Notes under the pieces: generated by a model | What the model was told of the DNA's origin: nothing | Databases searched by the model: none | The model's input: only the letters and a program-made list of their open reading frames with translations | Made by a program: the position numbers and the translations under genes | Source of the DNA: Octopus vulgaris | Taxonomy: Eukaryota | Assembly: GCA_951406725.2 (NCBI GenBank) | Contig: OX597825.1 | Coordinates: 48,484,001-48,548,000, forward strand | DNA length: 64,000 bases | Direction of reading: 5' to 3' | Shown: one piece after another, positions 27,965 through 40,389 of the stretch | How the letters are laid out: the number at the start of each line of letters is the position of its first letter | Numbering within the stretch: the first letter of the stretch is position 1

Positions 27965-28448
27965 TACACTTATATTCACATACACAGAAAGCCACCAGTT
28001 GATCAGAGAGGACCTTATATCTGCATCTGTATCAAAGTGCAGGTCTGGTCAAAGATATTTTTGTTCCGGAAGACTAACAAGTGCAAATATCTCCAGATCT
28101 CTACTCATCGTGCAACAGATTCTGTCGAAAGGGTAACACAACTGGGCATCAGATTTAAGATATTCAGCAAAGAATCGCATCTGATATTCTAACAGTTCTG
28201 CCAATTCACAAACCTGGATCTTGTATTTGCATATTTTGTATCGACCTTGAATGGATGACAGCCAAAGCTGACTCCAACAAAATTTGATCTCGACGCAGAA
28301 TGTCAGACTGAATAGTGCAAGGCATTTCATTCGACATTCTAACTTATTAGTCTAATCACTTTCATACATACATACATACATACATACATACATACATACA
28401 TACATACATACATACATACATACATACATGTATGTATGTATATATATG

Positions 28449-28518
<70 letters not shown>

Positions 28519-28520
<2 letters not shown>

Positions 28521-28980
28521 GCCCTGATGCAGTACCAGGCAGTGGTTCTCGTGGCTTCTGATCTTAACTGATTGGAAGTGTTATCATGTACATTGCAAAT
28601 ATTCTGCTCAATACCACAGATTTGCTTGTCAGTTGTTTGACCGTAGCCAGTTGAGCATGTCCCTTAGTGGCTGACGATATGTGCATCTCCGATTATGAGC
28701 AGAAGTAGTGGGGGAGCATAATAGACATGTGTTGAGAGGGATTCTTTGGGGTTTGAATAATTCACCTTTGGAAACATGGGTGTTTCGTTCAACATCCTTT
28801 GAGCGGGATGGGTTACTCGACCAGAAGAAAATTCTAACTGGGCTCCACCTGCAAGATGATGTGCTGTTTATCTTGATATGAGATCACTATGTCGCGCACA
28901 TATATTTGTGATGCATGTACCTGGTGTACCCTCATCAGACGGGTAGTCATGATGGTTATACTGGGCTTCGTATATTTTGA
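28519..28980. repeat. Probable interspersed repeat abutting a long (TAA)n tract
   Basis: Abrupt switch from (TAA)n to a GC-richer non-coding block; recalled as an abundant octopus repeat, class uncertain. Confidence 0.45.
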
Positions 28981-29692
28981 ACATCTCGCAGGACAAGAAG
29001 CAGAATTTGTCAAACGACTCTCCAACAGCTGGGGGTGAGAGAACCCCTGCCTTTTCTTAAACATCTCTCTAGGAGAAGGAAATCTCTTATTTAACATCTG
29101 CGACTTCATTTGCACCCAGTAAGGTAGACTAGTTCTCCTTTTTGGGCAAATGCTTACTTCATTTAGAGGGTGGCACAAGCTCTGTGCAAAGTTTTTCCTC
29201 ACATTAAAAATCTTCAGGCACAGAAACCGCTTAATTTTTAACATCTCTATTATGCGTTGCATACTGTGGCTGGCCGTTGCCTTAAAAAGCAAAAACACTA
29301 AATGTAACATTCCAAGATGGAATAAAGAAATGTATCAGAGTGTCTGAGGACTCCGGATACATACTGCAAAACGCGCTCATTGTTGTCACATCCGTGTAAA
29401 ATACTGTAGTTCTCTTGCAAAACTGAAAGAGAACAATCTAGCGACTGAATTGATCGAAAATCGAGTTACAGACATTGCACACACACACACACAAACACAC
29501 ACAGACACAGACACACACACACACACACAAACACCACACACACACACACACACACACATACACACTCATACACACATCCACTCACATACAAATGCAAATG
29601 TATATCTATTAATCAACGCAAACACACATATACCCTGCCATAAATATATCTATACTAGCAGAGATACCCGAAGCTGCTCGGGATTAAAATGG

Positions 29693-29910
29693 TATAGTTT
29701 TTTTTTATTGTTTTACTTGTTTCGGTCATGTGACTGCGGCCATGCTGGAACACCACCTTTAGTCGAAGAAATCGATCCCAAGATTTATTCTTTGTAAGCT
29801 TAGTACTTATTCTATCGGTTTGTTTTGCCAAACGGCTGTTACGAGGACATAAACACAGCAATATCAGTTTTCAAGCGATGAGGGTGGGGTGGGGACAAAG
29901 ACAGACACAC
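29693..29910 (-). mobile_element. SINE family A, 3' half
   Basis: Reverse complement of the family A body and tail (ccagcatggccgcagtcacatgaccgaaacaagtaaaac). Confidence 0.8.
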
Positions 29911-29914
29911 ACAC

Positions 29915-29970
<56 letters not shown>

Positions 29971-30213
29971 TCCACTGTGATCCGTGTGTAGGAGAGGTGC
30001 AGCCGGAGGGTAAGTATCCAAACGAATCCGTAAATGGTAGATGAAGAGTAGGTAAAGAGTCCAGTGGAGAAGTTCGTAGTGGTAAGAAAAAATAGGATCA
30101 ATATGTGCGACCACGTGAGCGTGTGATATATATATATAGGGAGAGTTTACGAAAAAAACCAAAAACTTTGTACACCACCTGTCTTCGTGTCTTTTGTTTT
30201 TTTCGTAAACTCT

Positions 30214-30288
<75 letters not shown>

Positions 30289-30311
30289 TATACATATATA
30301 TATATATACAT

Positions 30312-30356
<45 letters not shown>

Positions 30357-30908
30357 GGAATATATATACACATACATATTATATACACATATATACATAT
30401 ATATATACATGTATATATGTTTACGTGTATCTATATACGTGTATATATGTATATATATATAGAAAATAGTAAAAAGTGAAAAAACTACAGAAGGCTTAAA
30501 GGTTAAAATATATATATTTGCGTCAATATGTCTGAAGAATATTAAAAATTTTTTTCTTACAATGACATTGATTAGAAGAAAGACCGGTTTCGTGTTTAGC
30601 TTTTCAAATTTCTTGCGACGTAATGTTTATCTTGAACAGAGTTATCTTTATGTTTATGTTTAAAAGAGCTCTAAATAAGGGGAGGTAATGAGTGATTTCT
30701 TCCGGTGTAAGGGAGATAATCGCTTAAAATTAAAAAAGATTTTTTCCCTTTCCCTTGGTGTGAATTTCTCTGTATCAGTATGTTGGCATGGTTAAGTCTG
30801 GGCTTGTACTTTTCAATGAAGAATGTTTCCTTGTTTAGTCTAATTTGTGTTGAGGTATACTTTATGAGGTATACTGGTATATAAGTTAACTACATCAAAT
30901 GAAACCAG

Positions 30909-32411
30909 CATTTGATGTAGTTAACTTATATACCAGTATACCTCATAATTATGGACTAGAGGCAATACAGTTCTGGCTGGACCAATTTCCGGAAGAAATA
31001 CCAAAAAGGATCAGTAAAGAATTCATTACTAAATCAATTGAATTCATCCTACATAATAATTCATCCACTTCATGTTTGACAATACATTTTACCGTCAAAA
31101 ATCCGGAATTGCTATGGGTACAAGGGCAGCACCAGTCATTGCGAACCTAACAATGGGCTACATGGAAATAATCATTTACCAGGAATCTTTATCAATCTTT
31201 GGAAACCCCCTTTCTCAATACATAAAAGAGAATTGGAAACGATTCTTAGACGATTGTTTTATACTCTGGAATGAAAACACAGATAAACTCCTAAAATTTA
31301 AAAACCTATTGAACAGCATAAACCCAAATATACAGTTCACAATGGAATACAACCAAAAGGAGCTCCCGTTCTTGGATATACTAATTAAAAAAATTAACCT
31401 TAAAATAGAAACAGACATTTTTTACAAAGCCACAGACGCCAAACAATACCTTCTTTTAATTCATGCCACCCAAGACACATTAAAACAAACATCCCCTTCA
31501 ACCTTGCAAGAAGGATATGCACAATAGTGTCAGAACAAAATACCAGGAACTTTAGACTGCAAGAACTCAAAAATACCCTAATTGACAGACATTACCCAGC
31601 TCAACTCATAGAGGATGGTATCAGACGTGCAACAGAAATCAACATAGAAACTTTAAGAAAAGTTCAACACAACAACACACCTTCCCCGAAAATACTACCT
31701 TACATATCTACATACAACCCCAGAAACAAAGAAGCCTTCACCATCATCACCCAGAATTTACCAAAACTTCATAAGGACCCCAAATTAAAGGAAATTCTAA
31801 ACATACACCTAATCATTAAAAGCTACAAACAACCTAAATCACTTAAAAAGATTCTCACAAAGGCCAAATTGTTTTCTGAAATTACGGATGCAAAAGTAAA
31901 AAAATGTGGTAGATCGAACTGTGCAACATGTCCAAACCTGCTAGAAGGATCAGAATTCCTCTTTAAAGAGGGACAGAAATTCAAGATGAAATCTAACTTT
32001 AATTGTGCCTCTCTAAACATAATTTATGTCATAAAATGCTCGGGCTGCCACCAAGACTACGTGGGATCCACGGGACTATCACTCAGACGTAGATGCACAC
32101 TGCATCGACAACAGATTGCATTCCCAGAATACAGAATGATACCTTTTAGTGAGCACATTGAGAAATGCGCAAAGCAACTACTACCACAATTTTTAATGTT
32201 TCCATTTTACCAATGTGCTATCGGATCATCAACACAAATTAGACTAAACAAGGAAACATTCTTCATTGAAAAGTACAAGCCCAGACTTAACCATGCCAAC
32301 ATACTGATACAGAGAAATTCACACCAAGGGAAAGGAAAAAATAAATTTTTAATTTTAAGCGATTATCTCACTTACACCGGAAGAAATCACTCATTACCTC
32401 TCCTTATTTAG
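30909..32411 (+). pseudogene. PLE polyprotein: RT + Cys-rich linker + GIY-YIG endonuclease, two frameshifts (~31070, ~31460)
   Basis: FDVVNLYTSIP, YRQKSGIAMGTRAAPVIANLTMG, WKRFLDDCF, LPFLDI, CGRSNCATC, NIIYVIKCSGCHQDYVGSTG; the Cys linker suggests a Neptune-like clade (inference). Confidence 0.93.
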
Positions 32412-32467
32412 AACTCTTTTAAACATAAACATAAAGATAACTCTGTTCAAGATAAACATTACGTCGC

Positions 32468-32506
32468 AAGAAATTTGAAAAGCTAAACGCGAAACCGGTC
32501 TTTCTT
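32468..32506 (+). ncRNA. Minimal type I hammerhead ribozyme candidate (U3-A8 variant) in the PLE terminal repeat
   Basis: aagaaa-t-TTGAAAA-gc-taaac-gc-GAAA-CCGG-TC-tttctt: 6-bp stem I, 2-bp stem II, palindromic stem III, GUC site; second copy on minus strand at ~30575-30615. Confidence 0.62.
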
Positions 32507-32662
32507 CTAATCAATGTCATTGTAAGAAAAGTTTTTTTTATATTCTTCAGACATATTGACGCAAATATATATATTTTTTAACCTTTAAGCCTTCTGTAGT
32601 TTCTTCACTTTTTACTATTTTCTATATATTCAACCACGTGCTTTCACAAACCAACTTTCTTA

Positions 32663-32714
<52 letters not shown>

Positions 32715-32899
32715 CATGTCTATATATATATATATACATGTGTATATATACATGTATATATATATATATATATAACATGCATATATATATATATACACGT
32801 ATGTATATATATACATATATATAAACACAATATACATATGTACATATACATATATATATACGCCCGTATATATATGCATATATACATACATATATAAAA

Positions 32900-33629
32900 A
32901 TTATGAGGTAGAAGTTATGCAACCGTCTAAGGGATAAATGTATCCATAGGCACTACTGGTGTTATACCTAGCTATGTATAGACCTTGCCATAAGGTTAAC
33001 AGCAGTTGATAATTAAAATTGTAAACCGTGGTTTAATATATCCAGATAAGAAAAGAAATGGAGCAACCCTTAACAATTACAAGTTGATCATTGGTATTAA
33101 ATGGTCATAGTTTAATTGTAGTTAAAATAATATTTAGAGCTGTTTCAGTTTTATATTTTTGAGGTAAATTTGCATTTATCTCGTTCCATGTAACAAACAT
33201 CGTCAGAATGATTTAGACTATAATTCTATTAACTATTTAGAGTATAATTCTATTAACTATTTATATGCCAATTGTAATTTAACCACAGGATTACACGAAC
33301 CATACATTAAACCTAATATCAACCTCAAATATATTATGCACATAGTAACCACCCAAACTTTATATAAAGAGGACTTTTTCAGGGCATTAGTAAAATAATT
33401 TCGTATCTCTCGTCCAACGAAGATATATTCAATAAGTATAAGGAACACTATAACACTGCATCGGAAGAAACAGGCTATAAGCAAAAATTTAAGTACCTTT
33501 ACTCGGAGCCTTATAAAAATAAACCGAATAATATAAATATCTACAATTATAATAATAGTAATAATGGTAATGATGATAATAATAACAACAACAACAACAA
33601 CAACAACAATAATAATAATAATAATAATC

Positions 33630-33695
<66 letters not shown>

Positions 33696-35030
33696 TTAAC
33701 ATACATAAAAAACCAATAAAGTCCCTGTTAGCAATTATAATACCAAGGTATATAAATAAATAAATCGAATGGGAACAACCCTACCAAAGCTGATATCAAT
33801 AGTAATAAAAATAACAATAGAAAGAATAATAATAATTATAACCATAAATTTACAACAATACTGAGGGCAGTTTTTACACCAAAAGCAAAAATATTAAGAA
33901 TAACAAGCGGAAAAAGGATAACATCTGGCTAATAATCCCCTTCGCGAGCAAAGTAAAACCCAATATCGTTAAATCTATAACGAAACTTATAAATAAGTAT
34001 TTCAATATGAATACGAAATACTCAGAAATCTTTAGCAATAAAATTAGAATAGGTAATAGCATAAGCAACCTAGTTACTATTATAGCCTCTATTAACAATA
34101 AAAAGTTAGACTACTTCTACGAAGCTAGGAAGAATAACAATAAAAATCGCAACAACCAATCGATTGATATAATAAGCGATTCCCCTAATAACTCGCCCTC
34201 TAAAAATACGGACAACCAGCTTATAAATGATAATCCCCTCACCATATCATAGGTTCAGGTAATTTTACTAATGTATGTAGTTGCAGAGATAAAAAATACT
34301 TGTGAATTCTTGAATAAATGTAAAACTAAGAATGTAATCTACCAATGTGATGTATTCCCCAGTAATTACAAGAAAATTTATATAGGAGCAACTAAAAATG
34401 AAATGAAACTTAGATATAATTCCCATCCCTCAAGTTTCAGCAATAGAAATAAGGCTTATTCTACCGGATTAAACAGTTACATCTGGGAACTTAAAGATAA
34501 CATTAATTATAGATTAGAATGGCGCATCCTAGCCAAAACGCTTCATATAACCTTAAAAGTAATCGCTGTAATTTATGTAATTATGAGAAATTCTTCCTTT
34601 TATTGGCCAAATCAGAATGACTTAATAAAGGTGGTGAGAAAAATAAACATGCTTACGTAAAGATAAATTCTTATTCCCTAAATACCGCTAATACCTACAT
34701 AACAGGTTATTAGCTTACCTGCCTAACATCTGATTGCCCCCCTCCCTTGACCCTCTCCCTTACCACAGAGCATAATTTGATATCATATCACAATTATATC
34801 AAATTACCTCGACTAACTGAATTATTTATAAAAGTAATTAGTAAAAGAATTAGTTAGAGCATTAGTAAAAGCATTACTACGATGGACACCCGCTGTTATA
34901 ATTATATCCGTCGGATCATAAACAAAAGACTCTACAAAGAAATGCTTGTGAAGACACCCACATATAACCAGAAAGGTAGAAAATCTGTCTCTCCGCAGAA
35001 ATAGGGTAAGTGATACTCTTCATTCTTTGA
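32900..35030 (+). pseudogene. Degraded PLE 3' portion (GIY-YIG) with an upstream minus-strand pLTR-like segment
   Basis: CKTKNVIYQC...KIYIGATKNEMKLRYNSH...STGLNSYIWELK at 34300-34550; decayed minus-strand CTGACGA...GAAACAGCTCTA at 33130-33212. Confidence 0.8.
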
Positions 35031-35035
35031 TAAAA

Positions 35036-38000
35036 ATGGCCTTGCTTAGAATAGGCTGTATAAATGCACACGGCCTGGGGTCACCTTGAAACAGGGTCGC
35101 CTACCCAATGAACGCAAGTCATTAAGTATAGATATCGTAGCTATTAGTGGGACCAGACTTTCCAATTGACAAGCATTCTCATTTTAGATAGATACGAGAT
35201 TTACTTATCTCCTTGTCAACCGGAAGTGGGGGTAGGGGTAAAACTGTGGAGTTGTTCCGGAAAGGTTGGGATCTCAAGATAAGAACCATCTTCCTGGACC
35301 CAGAAGGTAAGTTGGTTGTCCTGGATGTGAACAGTAGCGAGAGGAGTACTTTCAGAATGGTGGCTGTCTATGCTCTGACAGGCGCAGGACAATCGAATTT
35401 CTTCAGACGTCTGGAGGTTTTCCTGGGAATGTCTCGACCTATAGTGCTAATGGGTGACTTGGACGTACGTCTAGATTGTGTGGAACTACCTGTTAGAAGA
35501 GTTGGGATGCAAAGTCTCGCAAACCTGCTCAGACGTTTTTTAATGTCTGATAGGTATTGACTTGATTTCCCGATTGTGCCTGTGTGGACATGAACGAACT
35601 GCATCGAGTCATCTAGTTTGTATGTCGACCAGTAGATAAGGATAATTTAAGTTGTCCACTTTTCAATATCGTCGGCTACATAGATCACAAATTTGTGATT
35701 TGCGCAGTTGACTTAGTCTTCGTAGGCAGGGACCCGGCTACTGGAAGCTGAATGCTTCACTCCTGGTGTCCCAAGCTTACAGAGATCAGATTGGAGAATT
35801 AGTTAAGCGGGCACTGAGTGGGGTGGGTCGATCCTCAATAACAAATGGTGGTTTGCCATGAAAAGGGCAATCAGAGTAGAATCTATTAGGTTCAGTAAAG
35901 GATTAGCGATAAAAAGAAATAAAATAGACGGAAACTCAGAAACGAAGAGGCCCTTAGAAAAGGCAGGCGGCGAAATTCTTCAACGCTAAGCATGACGGAT
36001 GCATTGTCAGAGCTAAGACACGTACTCAAAGATAAGAGAGAACGAAAGCCGTTTGATGGGTCCAAGTGACTGAGGTGCAACGTGACGACAAAGCCACAAT
36101 TTGTCACTGCCATAGAGTAGAATACCAGGTACATACACCAGATTGGCATTGCTCTTAAAGAATACGGGGCAGTGACTGGAGCAAAAATTAATCAAGAGAA
36201 GTCAGTGGCCTGCTGCTCGGCACCTGAAGAGACATGTCCTTGCAGTCCAGGACAGAAGGACCAGTTAAATTGTTTGGGGTCTTGTTTCCTCCGGATCTTC
36301 ACGTAGAGAAGAAATGGGACGCGGTGACAAGTAGGGTAACCAATCTCATCAAGAAATGGGATGACAGAAAGCTGTCTTTCTTATATAAGGGTGGGCTGAA
36401 AAGTTCATATGCTGAATATGAAGGAGTGATGCTAGAGCTGTGAAATCTTGCATGCATTGATTTCAACCTTTCTTACTAACTGCATTATTTCTTACCAGGT
36501 AAACTAATATTTGACTGTTCAAAGAAAGCTTCAAAATGAATTGGTGGCGACTTCTCTCCAAAATCAACAAAAATTGGCATCGTAGTGTTATCAAGTACCT
36601 ATAGGAAAAGGGTTCGGGCCCCCACAAAGATATTCATGCTGACATGGTTGCTACATCAGTAGGCAGCTGAATTTAGGAGGGAAAAGGAGAGTTTTGAAGA
36701 TGACCCAAAGGTCTGACTGTCCTGCAACAGCTACCACCGAGGAAAACATTGATCGCGTTCACCACATGGTGATGTATGACAGGCAACTGACTATAAGTGA
36801 AATAGCCAATGCTATCAGCATATCTTATGAGAGAGTTGAGAATATTTTGCACATTGAATTTGACATGATGAAGTTTTAAGTTCGGTGGGTGCCACGTCAT
36901 CTGATATTTGACCAAAAGCGCACCAGTCCGATTACATCATGGGAAAATTTGACGTTGCTTGAGGCAGATACAGCTGGTTTCCTTGAGTATTTCCTAAGCC
37001 AGAATGAGTGCTGGATTCATCACATAGAGACAGAGACAATCCATTCTGCCGAAATACCCCTCCACATCTGCTCCAAGGCAAAGGTTGTTTAATCTGCAGC
37101 AAAGTTTTTTGGGATGCGAAAGACATTGTGTTTATTGACCATCAATGGAGAGTGCCAACACGCTGAGGCAATTAAGAAAGGCTATCAAGAGCAAATGCCC
37201 TGGAAAACTGACAGAAGGGGTTTTGTTCCATCAGGACAATGCTCCAGCACGCAAGTCCTTGGTTTCAATGGCAGCTGTGTGTGACTGGCTTTGAACTGGT
37301 TGATCAGCTTCCCTATTCCAGTAACTTGCCCCCATCTGTTCTCCAATAGGAAAAAGCACTTGGCTCGGAACCTGCATCGCAATGATTATGATGTCATATC
37401 TGCTGTTGTTGACTTTATTGCCCAAGAAGATGAAAGCTTCTTCACCACTGGGATCCAAGCACTGCAACCTTGACGGAAGAAGTGTGTCGGTTGCAAGGGG
37501 ACTATATTGAAAAGTAAACCCCATTTGGTCCTATTCCATGTGAGTATCTCGGTCAGCCTATGAACTTTTCAGCTGACCCTCGTGTTTTGCTCCAATTTAC
37601 GTCTGGAGCACATACACTTCTGCTTTTTGTGGAAGAGATGCATTCCACTTGTCAGGCGTTGCATTTCTTGTCAACATTCGCTGAATGCAGGACTGGGCTT
37701 TCAGTGGCTGCTGATGTGCAGATATGTGCTAAGGCTACGACATTTCCAGCACTTCCTTGATGGTGTGGTCACTGTTTATTAGACTCGCTCTTCCACGGCT
37801 CGTTTTTTCGACTGAGCTGCAGGCCTGGATCAAGTGTAGACTGAGGAAGGGTGCCTGGCGCCTAGAATGTAGGCAACCACTCGTAGTCCTTTGTCAGAGG
37901 GCAATGCAATCGGTGGAAGTTCCACTTTGGCCTTCTGCAGAGTGTCAGTGGAGCAATTGTAACAACGTTCTTGGGGAGACTGTGAGTGTCGATGAGAATC

Positions 38001-38740
38001 AGCTGGCTGGTATGTTCTGGAGGACTTTCTGGCAGGGGCCATGGATCACTTCCAAAAATCTCTGGTCTGGCAGTGCTACATGGAAAAATTGGTGGTTTGG
38101 GATAAACTTAGGAATGCAAGGACTGTCAGCTGGGATTGCTGGAGATAAGTATTGAGGGACAAAACTGTTCTGTACACCCTCGTCCTGTACCTGAGCAATG
38201 ATAACTTGTGGGTGTATGTCAAACATCTGCTGTGATGTAGGATGGAACTGACTTTAGATTGAGTCCATTGTGAAAATTATCTTGCTGCTTTCCTTTCACA
38301 GGGAAGAGCAGGCAGTTTTTATCTCTCTGGTGGCCTTAGCAAAAGAGGTTGTGTGAACCAAATTGAAAAGGTTGAAGACAGATACTTTGGCCAATTTCAA
38401 GTTTCACTTGAATAGGAAGTTGAAGGTAGTGAAGAAAGTGCTGCCAACCAGCAATTTTATTGATAGGTTGGTGAATGTGGCAAGAATGATCTGAGTGAAT
38501 GAACTTACTCTAAACAAGCACCAGTTGTCCCAGTGGCTAGGAAACCGTGATCATATTGGTTCTCCACAAGGAACTCTAGAAAGTCACTCACTTCTGGGGG
38601 ATTTTTTGTTGTTAAAATTTATATTGTTATCGTTTTTTACTGTTTGCATGCTTCTATTTATGTAACTCCATACTGTATTGTCTTGTACCATCCCTGATGT
38701 ATTTTGCAAACCCTCAGAGGTGAATAAAGAAAACATTATC
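35036..38740 (+). pseudogene. Degraded Tx1/L1-clade LINE ORF2, internally deleted and interrupted by a mariner
   Basis: MALLRIGCINAHGL, LDPEGKLVVLDV..FRMVAVYA, IVLMGDL, GPGYWKLNASLL, GAKINQEKS; 3' end with aataaa at ~38723. Confidence 0.82.
36384..37584 (+). mobile_element. Full-length decayed mariner transposon (irritans/Hsmar2-like)
   Basis: TIRs ta-taagggtgggctgaaaagttcatatgctga / tcagcctatgaacttttcagctgaccctcg-tg; peptides RWVPRHL, NECWIHH, FHQDNAPA. Confidence 0.92.
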
Positions 38741-38746
38741 ATTATT

Positions 38747-40325
38747 CAGGCAGTGAATTGCTGGCAGAATTGTCAGCATGCTAAATGAAAAGCTTAGTGG
38801 TATTTTGTCTGTCATCACATTCTGAGTTGAAATGTCGCTGAGGTTGACTTTGTCTTTCATCCTTTAGGGGTTGATAAATTAAGTACCAGTGAAGTACTGG
38901 GGCCAATGTAACTGGCTTACCCCTCCCCCCAAATTTAAGGCCTTGTGCCTATAGAAGAAAGGATTATTATTATTATTCAGGCAGTGAGCTGGCAGAATCC
39001 CTTTTTCTACACTGGGCAAAATGCTTTGTGGCATTCCATCTGTTTACATTCTGAGTTCAAATTCTATCAAGGTCAGTTTTGCCTTTCATCCTTTTGGGGT
39101 TCAATAAAATAAGTACCAGTTAATCTCTAGGATTGATGTAAATGGATTATCTCCTTCACCAAAATTGCTGGCCTTGTGCCAAAATTTGAAACCATTATTA
39201 TTATTATTGTTGTTGTTGTTGTTATTATTATTAGGGTGGTGAGTTGGCAGGATTGTTAGCATGCTAGGCAAAGTGCTTTGTGACATTTCATCCACTTTTA
39301 TGTTCTGAGTTGAAATTCTGCCAAGTGTGACTTTGCATTTCATTATTTCAGGTCACTAAAATACGTATCATTACAGCACTGGGATTGATGTAATCAAATA
39401 ACTTGCTACCAAAATTTGAAACCATCATTATTATTATTAAGGTAGTGAGCTGGCAGAATTGTTAGTACACAGGGCAAAATGCTTAGTGGTATTTTGTCCA
39501 TCTTTGCATTCTGAATTCAAATTCCACTAAAGTTGACTGCCTTTCATCCTTTTGGAGTACTGGAGTTGATATACTTGACTAACCCCTCCCTACCAAAATT
39601 TTAGACCTTGTACCTATTATAGAAAGGACTATTATTATCATCATTCAGGCAGTGAGAAGGTTCAACCATTAGGATGCCAGACAAAATGTTTAGTGGTATT
39701 TCATCAGTCTTTATGTTCTGAGTTTAAATTTCATAGAGACCAACTTTGTCTTTCATCCTTTCAGGGTTGATAGAATAAGTGCCAGTTGGATGGGGGGTGG
39801 GGGTGTGTGCAATATAACTGACTTACCCACTCCTCTGATATTGCTGACCCTGTGCCAAAATTTGAAACTACTATTAATATCATGATTATCATCAAGGTGG
39901 TGAAGTGAACTGGCAGAATTGTTTGCATGTATGACAAAATGTTTTGCAGCATTTCTGCTGGCTTTATGTTCTGAGTTCAAATTCTGCTGAAGTTGACTTT
40001 GCCTTTCATCCTTTTGGGGTTGATAAAATAAGTACCAGTTGAGCACTGATGTCAATGTAATAGACTTGCCCCATTCTCTAAATTTCAGGACTGGTGCCTA
40101 TAGTGGAAAGGTTTATTATTGTTATTCAATAATGGCTGTGTGACAAGAAGTTTGCTTCTTACTAACATGGTTCTAGGTTCCAAATTCCACTGAAGTCAAC
40201 TTTACCTTTTGTCAATTCAGGGTCAATAAAATAAAGTACCAGAGAAGAGGTGGAGTTGATACAATCAACTATACTCCTCCCCTAAAATTGTGTTTTGTGT
40301 CAAAATCTGATACCGCTATTATTTA
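38747..40325 (+). repeat. Head-to-tail array of 7 family C SINE units separated by (TTA)n
   Basis: Units start at ~38747, 38979, 39234, 39440, 39646, 39894 and 40132; each has a B box-like gagttcaaatt and a gactttgcctttcatcc...aagtaccag-type domain. Confidence 0.9.
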
Positions 40326-40389
40326 TTAGTTGGTAGACATGTAAAGAAAAACCAATTAAAAAGATACCATAGAATTTTTAATAGAGAAT

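Larger units (their letters stand above)
30459..32625 (+). mobile_element. Young 5'-truncated Penelope-like element with ~395-bp inverted terminal repeats, inserted in a TA-rich microsatellite
   Basis: 30459-30853 is the near-identical reverse complement of 32229-32625; internal RT + GIY-YIG coding region. Confidence 0.93.

Noticed and set aside
28834-29310. 158-aa minus-strand ORF
   Set aside because: No recognisable domain or splice context; overlaps a probable interspersed repeat
38747-40325. CRISPR-like repeat/spacer periodicity
   Set aside because: Units are ~230-bp diverged SINEs with no unique spacers, in eukaryotic DNA without cas genes
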